Below are positions 49,655 through 60,000 of a stretch of DNA of 60,000 nt, one piece after another. Below the pieces are notes generated by a model. That model saw only the letters and a program-made list of their open reading frames with translations, did not search any database and was not told where the DNA came from. Within the stretch, counting starts at the first letter, position 1, and every line of letters begins with the position of its first letter. This DNA comes from Squalus acanthias (taxonomy: Eukaryota). The stretch is from contig CM059432.1 in the NCBI GenBank assembly GCA_030390025.1, positions 145,020,001 to 145,080,000 of the forward strand. Reading direction: 5' to 3'. Made by a program: the position numbers and the translations under genes.

Positions 49655-50450
49655 CTAACAACAACTTGTATTGAAATGGCATGTTTAACACAGTAAAACG
49701 CCCAAGGCACTTCACAGGAGTGTTAGAAAACAAAATTTGCCACTGAGCCACATAAGGAGAAATTAGGGCAGATGGGCAAAAAGCTTGGTCGAAGAGGTAG
49801 GTTTTAAGGAGCGTCTTAAGGAGGAAAGAAAGGTGGAGAGGCAGAAAATTTAGGGAGGGAATTCCAGAGCTTAGGGCCTTGGCACGGCCACCAAAAGTGG
49901 AGCGATTGAAATCGGGGATTCTCAAGAGGCCAGAATTAGAGGAGCGCAGATATTTGAGAGTTGTGGGGCTGGAGGAGATGACAGAGATAGGGAGGGGCGA
50001 GGCCATGGAAGGATTTGAAAACAAGGATGAGAATTTTAAAATTGAGACGCTGCTTAACCGGGAGCCAAGTAGGTCAGCGAGCACAGGGGTGATTGGTGAT
50101 TGGGACTTGGTGCTAGTGAGGATATGGGCAGAGTTTTGTATGAACTCAAGTTTACAGAGGGTAGAACGTGGGAGGCCGGCCAGGAGTGCGATGGAAGAGT
50201 CAGGTCTAGAGGTAACAAAGGCATGGATGAGGGTTCCAGCAGCAGCTAAGGCAGGGGCGGAGACAGGCGATGTTCCGGAGGTGGAAATAGGCGGTCTTAG
50301 TGATGGCGTGGATGTGTGGTTGGAAGCTCATCTTGGGGTCAAATACTACACCAAGGTTGCGAACAGTCTGGTTCAGCTTCAGATAGTTGCCACAGAGAGG
50401 GATGAAGTCGGTGGCTAGGGAACAGAGTTTGTGGTGGGGACCGAAGACAA
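49655..50450 (-). mobile_element. L2 LINE 3' fragment
   Basis: Contains ctcatccatgcctttgttacctctagac (LIHAFVTSR) and a ttgttg tail. Confidence 0.85.
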
Positions 50451-50929
50451 TGCATAGTCACAAGTGGTACAAACACATCTATCGACACAAAGCAAATTAG
50501 ATTTTGGGATCCAGTATATGAGCAATTTGAGACATGAGGTGTGATGAGTGCAGCGTGCTTGGGAGGAACAGGTGACTCGACCTATGGTTCCCAAAGCTCT
50601 CCACCACTGGGGATTTTCCTCGCCTCATGTCTGGGTCTGTTGTAGACTAATTGGTAGAGATTGGTTGCTGTGATTAGTCAACAACTCCATTATCGTTGTA
50701 TCATGCGACTACCAGGATGGTAGAAGGCGAACTAGATGGACCCAGCAATTCCCACATTCTTAAGTCCTAATTAATAAAGGGCTGATTTTCCTGTGATGTG
50801 TGCCTGGAGACGCTTCTTCCCCGTTGCAAAGCACAGGTAAAAGGGACCGAGCCCCATGATACCGGAATAACAACAGAAAACGCTGGAAAAACTCAGCAGG
50901 CCAGGCAGCATCCGTGGAGAGAGAAAGAG

Positions 50930-50966
50930 AGTTGACGTTTCAGGTCGATGACCTTTCATCAGAACT
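50930..50966 (-). ncRNA. Minimal type I hammerhead ribozyme, fully canonical
   Basis: AGTT-CTGATGA-a-AGGTC atc GACCT-GAAA-C-GTC-AACT: stem I AGTT/AACT, 5-bp stem II, palindromic ACGT stem III, GUC cleavage triplet. Confidence 0.88.
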
Positions 50967-51244
50967 GGGAAGAGCTGGAAATCAAATAGATTTAAGGCCA
51001 GGGTAAAGCTGGGAAAAGGGGGAGGGGATAAAGGAACAAAAGAGGAGATGAAGAGACATTAAGAGACATTAAGAGATATGCAAGGCTAGAGGTGGTGTTA
51101 ATGTGACAGATTAAGGCTGAATGAAGTGTGAAATCTACTGGCAGAATGAAGGACAGCTGCCAGCTTCTAGGAGGAAAAAAAAAAGGTGGGGGGGACAAAT
51201 AAAAGGGTGGATAAAATAAAATATAAATGTGATTGGAGCTGAGG

Positions 51245-53995
51245 TTATGATCTAAAATTGTTGAACTCGATATTGAGTCCAGAGGGCTGTAGCGTGCCTA
51301 AACGAAAGATGAGGTGCTGTTCCTCGAGCTTACGCTGAGCTTCCGTGGAACAGTGTATTAGGCCGAGGACGGTGAGGTCAGAGTGGGAGTGAAGCGGTGA
51401 ATTAAAGTGACAGGCCACCGGGAGCTCGGGGTCCCCCTTACGGACTGAACGGAGGTGTTCCGCAAAGCGGTCACCCAATCTGCGTTTGGTCTCCCCAATG
51501 TAGAGGAGTCCACATCGTGAGCAGCGAATACAGTATACTAAATTGCAGGAAGTACAAGTAAATCGCTGTTTCACCTGGAAGGGGTGTTTGGGGCCCTGGA
51601 CAGTGGGAAGAGGGGAGGTATAAGGGCATGTGTTGCATCTCCTGCGCGTGCACGGGAAGGTGCCGGGCGAAGGGGAAGGGGTGCTGGGGGTGGTAGAGGA
51701 GTGGACTAGGGTGTCGCGGAGGGAGCGGTCCCTGCGGAATGCTGAAAGGGGAGGTGAGGGGAAGATGTGTTTGGTGGTGGGATCACGCTGGAGGTGGCGG
51801 AAATGGCGGAGGATGATCCGTTGAATGTGGAGGCTGGTGGGGTGAAAGGTGAGGACAAGGGGAACCCTATCGTGGTTCCGGGAGGGAGGGGCAGGGGTGA
51901 GGGCAGATGTGCGGGAGATAGAACGGACACGGTCGAGGGCCGTGTCGACCACGGTAGAGGGGAATCCTCGGTTGAGGAAAAAGGAAGACATGTCGGAAGC
52001 ACTGGTATGGAAGGTGGCATCATCAGAGCAGATGCGGCGGAGACGGAGAAACTGGGAGAATGGAATAGAGTCCTTACAGGAGGCGGGGTGGGAGGAAGTG
52101 TAGTCCAGGTAGCTGTGGGAGTCGGTGGGCTTGTAGTGAATGTTAGTCAATAACCTATCCCCAGAGATGGAGATGGAGAAGTCGAGGAAGGGAAGAGAAG
52201 AGTCGGAGATGGACCATGTGAAGGTGAGGGAAGGGTGGAAATTGGAAGCATAGTGAATGAAATGTTCTAGTTCAGGGCGAGAGCAGGAGACGGCACCGAT
52301 ACAGTCATCAATGTACCGGAAAAAGAGGTGAGGGAGGGGACCCGAGTAGGACTGGAACAAAGAGTGTTCCACATATCCCACGAAAAGGCAGGCATAGCTA
52401 GGACCCATGCGGGTACCCATAGCAACACCTTTAATTTGGAGGAAATGGGTAGAGTCAAAGGAGAAGTTGTTCAATGTGAGAACAAGTTCAGCCAGGCGGA
52501 GGAGGGTGGTGGTGGATGGGGACTGGTTGGGCCTCTGTTCAAGGAAGAAGCGGAGCGCCCTCAGGCCATCCTGGTGGGGAATGGAGGTGTAGAGGGATTG
52601 TACGTCCATAGTGAAGAGGAGACGGTTGGGGCCAGGAAACTGGAAACTGTTAAAATGGCGGAGGGCATCGGAAGAGTCGCGGATGTAGGTGGGAAGAGAC
52701 TGGACAAGGGGAGAAAAAATAGAGTCGAGATAGGAAGAGATAAGTTCCGTGGGGCAAGAACAGGCTGAAACGATGGGTCTACCGGGGCAGTCCTGTTTGT
52801 GGATCTTGGGAAGGAGGTAGAAGCGGGCTGTGCGGGGTTGGGGAACTATGAGGTTGGCGGCCGTGGGGGGAAGATCTCCAGAGGAGATGAGGTCAGTGAC
52901 AGTCTTGGACACGGTGGCTTGATGTTCGGTAGTGGGGTCATGGTCCAGGTGGAGGTAGGAGGAGGTGTCAGAGAGTTGGCGTTCAACTTCCGCTAGGTAG
53001 AGGTCGGTTCGCCAAACAACAACAGCGCCACCCTTGTCAGCAGGTTTAATGACAATGTCAGGGTTGGATCGGAGAGAATGGAGTGCTGCAAGTTCAGAGG
53101 GAGGTAGGTTGGAGTGAGTGAGGGGAGCAGAGAAATTGAGCTGGCCGATGTCGCGGCGGCAGTTAGCAATGAAAAGATCAAGAGAGGGTAAGAGGCCAGA
53201 GGGAGGGGTCCAGGTGGAACGAGAATTCTGAAAGCGGGAGAAAGGGTCAGCCGTGCGGGGGGAAGACTCCTGGCCAGAGAAGTGGGCACGGAGACGGAGG
53301 CGGCGGAAAAAGAGCTCAGCATCGTGCCGAGCTCGAAATTCATTGAGATGGGGGCGTAAGGGGATGAAGCTCAGGCCTTTGCTGAGGACTGATCGTTCGG
53401 AGTCAGAGAGGGGAAGGTCAGAGGGGATAGTGAAAACGCGGCAGGGGGTGAGATTGGGAGAAGGGGGGTCAGAGGAAAGTGAAGGGGAAGAAGGTTCCGG
53501 AGGGGCTTTAGTGTCCAAGAGTTGTTGAAGCTTGCGATCCTTGACATCGGAAAGGAAGAAGAAAAGTTTTTTGTTGAAGCGTCGGATGAGTCTAAGGATG
53601 AAATGGAACTGTGGACCCGGACAGCTTTGAGATAGAGTGCGTCGGTGCTGCTGAAGAGAGATGTCGAGAGTGTTCATGTGGCGCCGCATGGCATTGAGCG
53701 TGGATCTCAAGATGCGGCGAGAGCAGTAGTTCGAGGAACGATGAATATCTTGGAGATATTTGTAATCCTGGGTGGATCCGAAACACGAAGGGTGGAAGTT
53801 TAGTTGGAATCCACGTGGGATAAGTCGGAACCGGAGACAGTTGCTGAGGAAAGTAATGTGGCTGTGAAACCGAGTCTTGGCAGATACCTGATCAAACACG
53901 AGAAGGGAAACTGAAATCAATGAAGATGAACAAGGTTGAAGAGCCAAACGGAAATCCCGTCGAAGAGAAGAGCAGAACTTCTTCAAGGTAGGCAT
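51245..53995 (-). CDS. PLE polyprotein: reverse transcriptase + Cys-rich linker + GIY-YIG endonuclease (916 aa)
   Basis: IKPADKGGAVVVW, FYLLPKIHK..PGRPIVS, TMDVQSLYTSIP, QIKGVAMGT.MGPSYA, RYIDD, CxxxxCxxC linker, LVYCIRC...LYIGETKRRLGDRFAEH. Confidence 0.96.
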   Translation of the reverse strand: MPTLKKFCSSLRRDFRLALQPCSSSLISVSLLVFDQVSAKTRFHSHITFLSNCLRFRLIPRGFQLNFHPSCFGSTQDYKYLQDIHRSSNYCSRRILRSTLNAMRRHMNTLDISLQQHRRTLSQSCPGPQFHFILRLIRRFNKKLFFFLSDVKDRKLQQLLDTKAPPEPSSPSLSSDPPSPNLTPCRVFTIPSDLPLSDSERSVLSKGLSFIPLRPHLNEFRARHDAELFFRRLRLRAHFSGQESSPRTADPFSRFQNSRSTWTPPSGLLPSLDLFIANCRRDIGQLNFSAPLTHSNLPPSELAALHSLRSNPDIVIKPADKGGAVVVWRTDLYLAEVERQLSDTSSYLHLDHDPTTEHQATVSKTVTDLISSGDLPPTAANLIVPQPRTARFYLLPKIHKQDCPGRPIVSACSCPTELISSYLDSIFSPLVQSLPTYIRDSSDALRHFNSFQFPGPNRLLFTMDVQSLYTSIPHQDGLRALRFFLEQRPNQSPSTTTLLRLAELVLTLNNFSFDSTHFLQIKGVAMGTRMGPSYACLFVGYVEHSLFQSYSGPLPHLFFRYIDDCIGAVSCSRPELEHFIHYASNFHPSLTFTWSISDSSLPFLDFSISISGDRLLTNIHYKPTDSHSYLDYTSSHPASCKDSIPFSQFLRLRRICSDDATFHTSASDMSSFFLNRGFPSTVVDTALDRVRSISRTSALTPAPPSRNHDRVPLVLTFHPTSLHIQRIILRHFRHLQRDPTTKHIFPSPPLSAFRRDRSLRDTLVHSSTTPSTPSPSPGTFPCTRRRCNTCPYTSPLPTVQGPKHPFQVKQRFTCTSCNLVYCIRCSRCGLLYIGETKRRLGDRFAEHLRSVRKGDPELPVACHFNSPLHSHSDLTVLGLIHCSTEAQRKLEEQHLIFRLGTLQPSGLNIEFNNFRS

Positions 53996-54360
53996 TCCAA
54001 GAAGAGAGGTGGCAGTGAACCAAACACTAATACGATAGCAAAATACTGCAGATGCTGGAAATCCGAAATAACAACATTCCCGCTCTCTTTGTTAACTCGG
54101 AATTTCCGGAGCTCTCTTTAAAAGGGGTGGGTGGATGATGGTGGTTGTGGACTGATGGCCATGTAAATCAGGCAAGAGGCTGCTCCCTGCCCCTCCCTTG
54201 CCTCCAGTATTCCTGCTGGGGTCTGGACTAATGTGTGTGTGTGCTATCTAATTATGTATATCTGGTGGTGTGTGTACGCGCGCGCGCATCTGGTTCTGTG
54301 TATATCTGATTCTGTGTGAGAGTGAGTGAGTGAGAGGGGTCTACTGAAGATTGGTAAACA

Positions 54361-54380
54361 TGTGGTGCCATCTAGTGGCA
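54361..54380 (-). promoter_or_regulatory. Candidate CTCF binding site
   Basis: tgCCACTAGATGGCACcaca closely matches the vertebrate CTCF core motif. Confidence 0.55.
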
Positions 54381-54982
54381 ACAGTATCAGTTCCAGAATC
54401 CAGCTCAGACCCGACCCTGCGACTCCAGCTTCTCTACTGGAGATGCATAGAATTCCGAGAGAACTCGACTCACCTTGTTGACCCTTTATAAAGTGACTGA
54501 CTGCTCAGAGACCCTGCCCATGGTCTTGGTCACGACAGCTCTGCACTGCACCAATTGCCACAACTGCTCGATAGTAACTCGTCTGGGGAAGGAGACGGGT
54601 AAAGTCTGCAGGGCAAATTAGAGGGATGCTGATGAGTTTGCAATGCACTTTTCCAATGTTTGATCAGAACCCAATGTGCTATCACATGGATTAAACAGAT
54701 ATACCCCACTGCTCGACAGTGTTTTGGTGTCACACGAGGGCGAAATGATATTCAGTTTATACCACGATTCAATGATTGTTTGAAATCACAATTTAAATGG
54801 TGGTTTGAACACAGTTTTCACTATTGATCAGGACGGCAGATGTTGGCTGGTGAATTCGACATCAGTCCCTATGAAGTGGGTTTCCTTTGCCCCAGGGGTG
54901 AAGGCAGTTACCAGCCGACCCGCTGAAGTCTGGTGTTTCTAGCGGGTGGATATTGCAGCGGTTAGCGGACGTGAATTCACAT

Positions 54983-55338
54983 CTGTACCCCGCCACCCCT
55001 GTACCCCGCCACCCCTGCAGCCTGCCACCCCTGCAACCCCTGTAGCTTGCCACCCCTGCAACCTGCCACCCCTGCAGCCCCTATAGCTTGCCACCCCTGT
55101 ACCCCGCCACCCCTGCAGCCTGCCACCCCTGCAACCCCGCCACCCCTGCCCCCCACCACCCCCTAGAGCTTGCCACTCCTGTACCCCACCACGCCTGCAC
55201 CCCACCACCCCTGCCACCCCTATAGCTTGCCACCCCTGTACCCCGCCACCCCTGCAGCCTGCCACCCCTGCAACCCCGCCACCCCTGCCCCCCACCACCC
55301 CCTAGAGCTTGCCACCCCTGTACCCCGCCACCCCTGCA
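54983..55338. repeat. C-rich minisatellite, ~16-bp unit (ccccgccacccctgya) with higher-order duplication
   Basis: Direct repetition; a ~100-bp block recurs at about 55078 and 55217. Confidence 0.9.
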
Positions 55339-55609
55339 CACCGCAGCAAGTTAACGACCTCAGCCACACCTGAGGGAAGGTGCAGCATGGCACCTGGGCA
55401 TCTAACCAATGGGGAGCAAGGAAAGCCTACTTGGGTCACTACCTAACAACCAAAGATAGAGCAGTGCTGGGAGCAGGTCACCTGTTCACCTATTGGATGA
55501 GAATGGGGTATCAAGCTGGGAGAGGGGGGAATTTAATTATATAAAAAGTAAACGCTTGTTTAGCTCCTCCAATGACAGCTAGTGTAGAGAGCGAGAGAAG
55601 AGAGAGACA

Positions 55610-55930
55610 CTGAGACTATTTGCTCTGGTGGGGGAGTCGAGAACAAGGGGGCATAATCTTAAAATTATAGCTCGGCCGTTCAGGGGTGAGGTCAGGAAGC
55701 ACTTCTTCACACAAAGGGTCGTGGAAATCTGGAACTTGCTCCCCAAAAAGCTGTTGAGACTGGGAGTCAATTGAAAATTTCAAAACTGAGACTGATAGAT
55801 TTGTTAGGTAAAGCTATTAAGGGTTACAGAACCAGGCGGGTAAACGGAGTTAAGATACAGATCAGCCATGGTCTAATTGAATGGCAGAACAGGCTCGAGG
55901 GGCTGAATGGCCTCCTCCTGTTCCTATGTA
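55610..55930 (+). mobile_element. CR1 LINE 3' fragment
   Basis: Homologous to 30720-31030, ending cctcctcctgttcctatgt. Confidence 0.85.
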
Positions 55931-58865
55931 ACCTGGGTGTGCAGTGGACCCTGCCCCCGCGTGGGTTAGTGGCCTCGGGGGAAAGAGGGGGAGAAAATGG
56001 TCCCTGTTAAACGCAATACATCGAATACTCAAAATCAATGGTACCCCCTCACCGGCATTTCTTCCAAATATAATTTTGGTTGGCTGCTGTGTTTATAGTT
56101 TCAGAAAGTGTAAGTTCGTTTTTGAAGGAGGTATTGTATTGTCCTGCCGCCTGCCTCCCTTGCTACATATATGAACGTGTTGAGAAAGTGGCAGCGCTTC
56201 CGTAAGATTGCGGCATCAAGTAACAGTTTAATTTTAATATACACGCGGAAGTATCTCCTCACATCATCCCCCAGACATTCCACTGAACTGATCAGAGTAT
56301 CTGTGGCCTCTCCCCTCAAACAAATAACGAAAAATGTAGAAATCCAGCTTCCTTCGATAAAGTCACAGTCCTGGAGAGAATACATTCCCCATATGTGGGC
56401 AGCGAGGTGTATTTTGATAGGTTCGTTGAAGGACTTTTAATCCCACCATGATTCCTGCAAGTATTGCTTGAAGGAACACAATAGCCATGATCTAAAGGAG
56501 TTTAGCTGGGACAGAATACAAATACATACGAGGAATGTGACATTTAGGGATTGGGTGACGATGGAAGATCGATTGGTGAATGTGGGTTACTTTGACTGCA
56601 AGTTAAGGCAGTTTTCAGGTTCCGGTTTATCCCAGAGATGTGGTCAGAAATGTCTCCCTTTAATCAACTGCTATGATTGAGTGGAGACCATCCAGTTGTC
56701 AGTGGATATGCGTTAATAGCACAAAACAGCCTCCCACTTGGCACTATTTGGGATTTAGTTAGTGATAAAGTTATCTGCAGTATATTTCCCTCCTTTGGAA
56801 GTGTTAGGTTCTCCCATTGCGGTTTGTGATCTGCACCAGTGTGAACGCTGGGTGTGTTTATGTTCACTCCAGTTAGATCTGTGCCCCAAGTCGTCAAAAA
56901 TGTCACGAAGGCAAAAACGAACCTATTGGCACATACTGGCTCTAATAATCAATTCACATTCCGAGGCAACTATTGAGTTAATTGATCGTCATTCCTTGTG
57001 AATGAACAGTAAATCCAGGTGTGTGTGTGTGTAATAGATAGAGGCGTGCAGTAAGTACAGGCATGCTGTAAGGAAATCAGAACGCTCGCAAACCCCTGTT
57101 TTCACCTGTGACCATCTTTCTTGACAGGTTTCATGAAAAGCAGAACAGAATTCTTTGGACTAAAGGAAAGTCCAGTTATTCATTTGAGTTCAAGTTGCCT
57201 GAACAAGGATTGTTTTGGCATCAAAGTGGAGTCGAGGTCAAGATCAGATCAGCCATGATCTTATTGAATGGCGGGGACAGGCTCGAGGGGCCGAACGGCC
57301 TACTCCTGCTCCTATTTCTTCTGGTCTTAATGCATCGCTCAGAAACACAAAGGAACTGGCAGCAGGTCAGAAGAAATAACGAGACTCAGGGAACAGACAG
57401 CAAAGACCGATACAAGAATGCAACTGTAAACCCTCCCGTCTGCACTGTGGACTGTAAGCATTTATCTGAACGTGGAAGGTTAAAGCATTCCAAAAAAAAG
57501 AGGCCTCGAAAACCACAGTCCCACACTTAGACCAATTGCATTGCGCATGCTCACCATGGCAGGAAGCAAAACTAACGGGTTATTAACGGATCTGCTGCAT
57601 ATTTCCAGCACTCTTTGCTGTAAATTCTCAGCATGGACACTCTTTTGACCGACGCCAGCTGAGTTGCCGGGGGTGAGGGGGCAAAGCCTCCGTGAACTGG
57701 GAACATGTCAACAATACCCCTCGCTGGTTGAATTTGAAACTATTGCTTCCAAAATACCTCAATGGAGGAATATTTTTAGATTGAAAATACTCCATCCACT
57801 ATTCGTCTTTTGTTTAAGGTTCCTGGGTCACAGGTGAAATTAATCTGGACCAGCTTTATAGACCCATTGTTGCCAACCATCTGCTTTTGGTCTATTTTGC
57901 CCAAATGGGGGCGAGAAAGTTTCTACCCACGAATGCTCAGTGCCCACTAGCACCAAAACTGGCGTCCGAAGTGCACATCTGGCGTGGAGAGTGAAAAGGT
58001 CAGAATTGGTCCAGCTGTTTCCAGTGGCAGTAGAATTGAGGCAAACCGGTCAGAAACAAGCCTGAAACCAGCTATATAGAAAACCGTGTAGGCTCAGCAC
58101 TGGGGGAGTTACAGCCGCGCCATTTCCTGTACAGTTGTATTTCACCAGCAACAGGGCTGCTCCAAACCCACATGAGTTGAGTGTTGACACAAACCTGTTT
58201 CGCTATCATTGTGGTGATCTTCTTCTTATGTCAGTGTTAATGTCGAACTGATTATTTCCCCTCTATTATTGTTGATGGTACCATGAAATTATTATTTTTG
58301 TATCCTTTTCACCAGATGGATATCTCGCTAAAGCACTAAATTGATAGAAACGGCAAGGTTTACTTGCAGGAGTGAAAGACTTTGATTGGAGCGCCTGGCT
58401 GTTCACTGGTCCAGACAGACTGCACAGAAAGGGCTGCAGCATATTTTAAGCTCACAACGGATACTATAAATGATGATGGTTTTCACACTCGATTCTCAGC
58501 TAACAAAGTGACTGCAGACAACTCCTGCAATCTGCTGGTAACATCAGTCGAGAAGGCTGATGCTGGGGGGAAACCGGCACAAACACCCAGAACTGCAAGT
58601 TCCTCCTGTTCAAGCTGTTAAGACACAAACCGCAAGTGCAACGTTTTGAGATTTCCATTGCTGATATCAAGCTACATGTGTCTTTCCTTGTCAAAGAAGC
58701 AAATGCAAAAAGAGTACAGAAGGTGACCCTGAAGGTTGATTTACCAAAATAGAGATTAGGAGTCTACAGATATTTGGGTCTTAGAGGCTAAGAGGGAAAG
58801 GGTGCAGCCATGGGTCAGAAATCTTCTGATGGTGAAGATCTGAAAACCCAGAATCAAGCTGATTA

Positions 58866-59185
58866 CATAGAATATATAGCACAGAAACAGGCCATTCGGC
58901 TCAACCAGTCCATGCCGGCGTTTATGCGCTGCTCCAGCCTCCTCCCATCCTCCCTCATCTAACTCCATCAACATAACCCTCTATTCCCTTCTCCCTTATA
59001 TGTTATCTAGCTTCCCATTAAATGCATCTATACTATTCACCTCAAGCTACTCCCTGTGGTAGCGAGTTTCACATTCTCACCATTCTCTGGATAAAGAAGT
59101 TCTTTCTGAATTCCCTATTTGATTTCTTGGTGACTATCTTATATTGATGGCCTCGAGTTTTGCTCTTCCCCACAAGTGGAAACAC
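58866..59185 (-). mobile_element. CR1 LINE 3' fragment
   Basis: Homologous to 45225-45552. Confidence 0.8.
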
Positions 59186-59328
59186 TCGGATGGAGCTGTT
59201 AACCGAGCAGCTACATCTCTAAGGGTGCATGTTACAAATCTGGGTCTGCCATAGATACCTGTTCCAGTTCAGTGGCATTAGTCACTCCTGTTAGTCACTC
59301 CACCCATCCCTCTCTCTCTATATACATT

Positions 59329-60000
59329 GGCCTAGAAATTTGGGTGGCCGGCTTGCCGCGGGGGTAAGGATCGCGTGCGCTCTTACCTACCGCGCCTGCC
59401 ATTGTGTTTCGGGCCCACAGGAACTTCGGGTCCTGGGCCTCTCCCTAGTGCCGGCGCGCAGTGCTTGCGTGTTCCAGGGGCGCAGTTAGTGCGATGCGAC
59501 CCCTGGGATCACGTGGGCCATGGAGAGCCAATGGCAGCAGACCATCTTTCATTCATAGATTTAAATCTGTGAATTGAAATCGGCCCCAAAAGAACAGCTA
59601 AACCTCAAATAAATTTTTAAAAAACCATCACATTAATAAAATAACTATAGTTAAATAAATTAACCACTTTAAACAAAAATTTAAATTTTTGAAAAAATTT
59701 AAATTCTTTTTAAAAGTTATAAAAATAAACTTACCTTTCTTTAAAGTCTCTAAAAAAGATAAACCTGTTGAAAAAATTTTAAAATTATACTTAATTAACT
59801 ACTTACCTTGTTCAAAAGGGGTCTTACGCCTCCTTTTTACTTGTGTAGAATCTTCCATACTTACCCTCGCGTTGAAACCTGAAAAAAAACCTAAGTGTGC
59901 TGCGTACGCGCAGCCTCTAGTGCGCACGCGGTTCACCTAAGAACCGCCCCCTTCGCCATACCGGAAGTGCCGGTTTCCCGCGCATGCGCAGTGCATGCAG
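59329..60000 (-). mobile_element. Diverged, inverted third copy of the 17863-18621 MITE, cut by the window end
   Basis: Reverse-complement homology across the GC-rich and AT-rich parts; begins after ATT with ggcctagaaatt. Confidence 0.85.

Larger units (their letters stand above)
50862..54076 (-). mobile_element. Full-length Penelope-like retroelement (probably Neptune-like)
   Basis: Single intact ORF, 3' UTR with hammerhead, tail sequence placed upstream of the ORF; 14-bp direct repeat of element sequence at both ends. Confidence 0.95.

Noticed and set aside
51630..53528. Several plus-strand ORFs antisense to the PLE ORF
   Set aside because: Shadow ORFs caused by the C/T-rich codon usage of the real ORF.
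32400..60000. Exons of FBXL2, the next gene upstream of SUSD5 in human
   Set aside because: No matching coding exon recognised in the window.

Overview
Vertebrate genomic DNA; the repeat content (Deu-domain SINEs, CR1, L2, RTE, Penelope-like elements) suggests a cartilaginous fish, which is my inference. The window holds a complete 5-exon SUSD5 gene on the minus strand (coding exons 31736-31652, 28287-28110, 24295-24180, 15999-15811, 9177-7925; 606 aa; signal peptide, Link-like module, Sushi domain, Ser/Thr-rich stalk, TM helix). The last coding exon of a convergent CRTAP gene lies at 5271-5330 (+). The rest is transposon-rich intronic and intergenic DNA. The most notable system is a Penelope-like retroelement (PLE) family carrying minimal hammerhead ribozymes. 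It comprises one intact 916-aa RT + GIY-YIG copy with circularly permuted ends, a ~2.4-kb head-to-head palindromic insertion in SUSD5 intron 4, and several 160-250 bp non-coding fold-back elements. Three of these insertions have 15-bp target-site duplications (TSDs). A second, distinct hammerhead-bearing repeat family is also present. Hammerheads in PLEs are already known; whether these particular families have been described cannot be determined without a database search. Repeat boundaries without a TSD are approximate.
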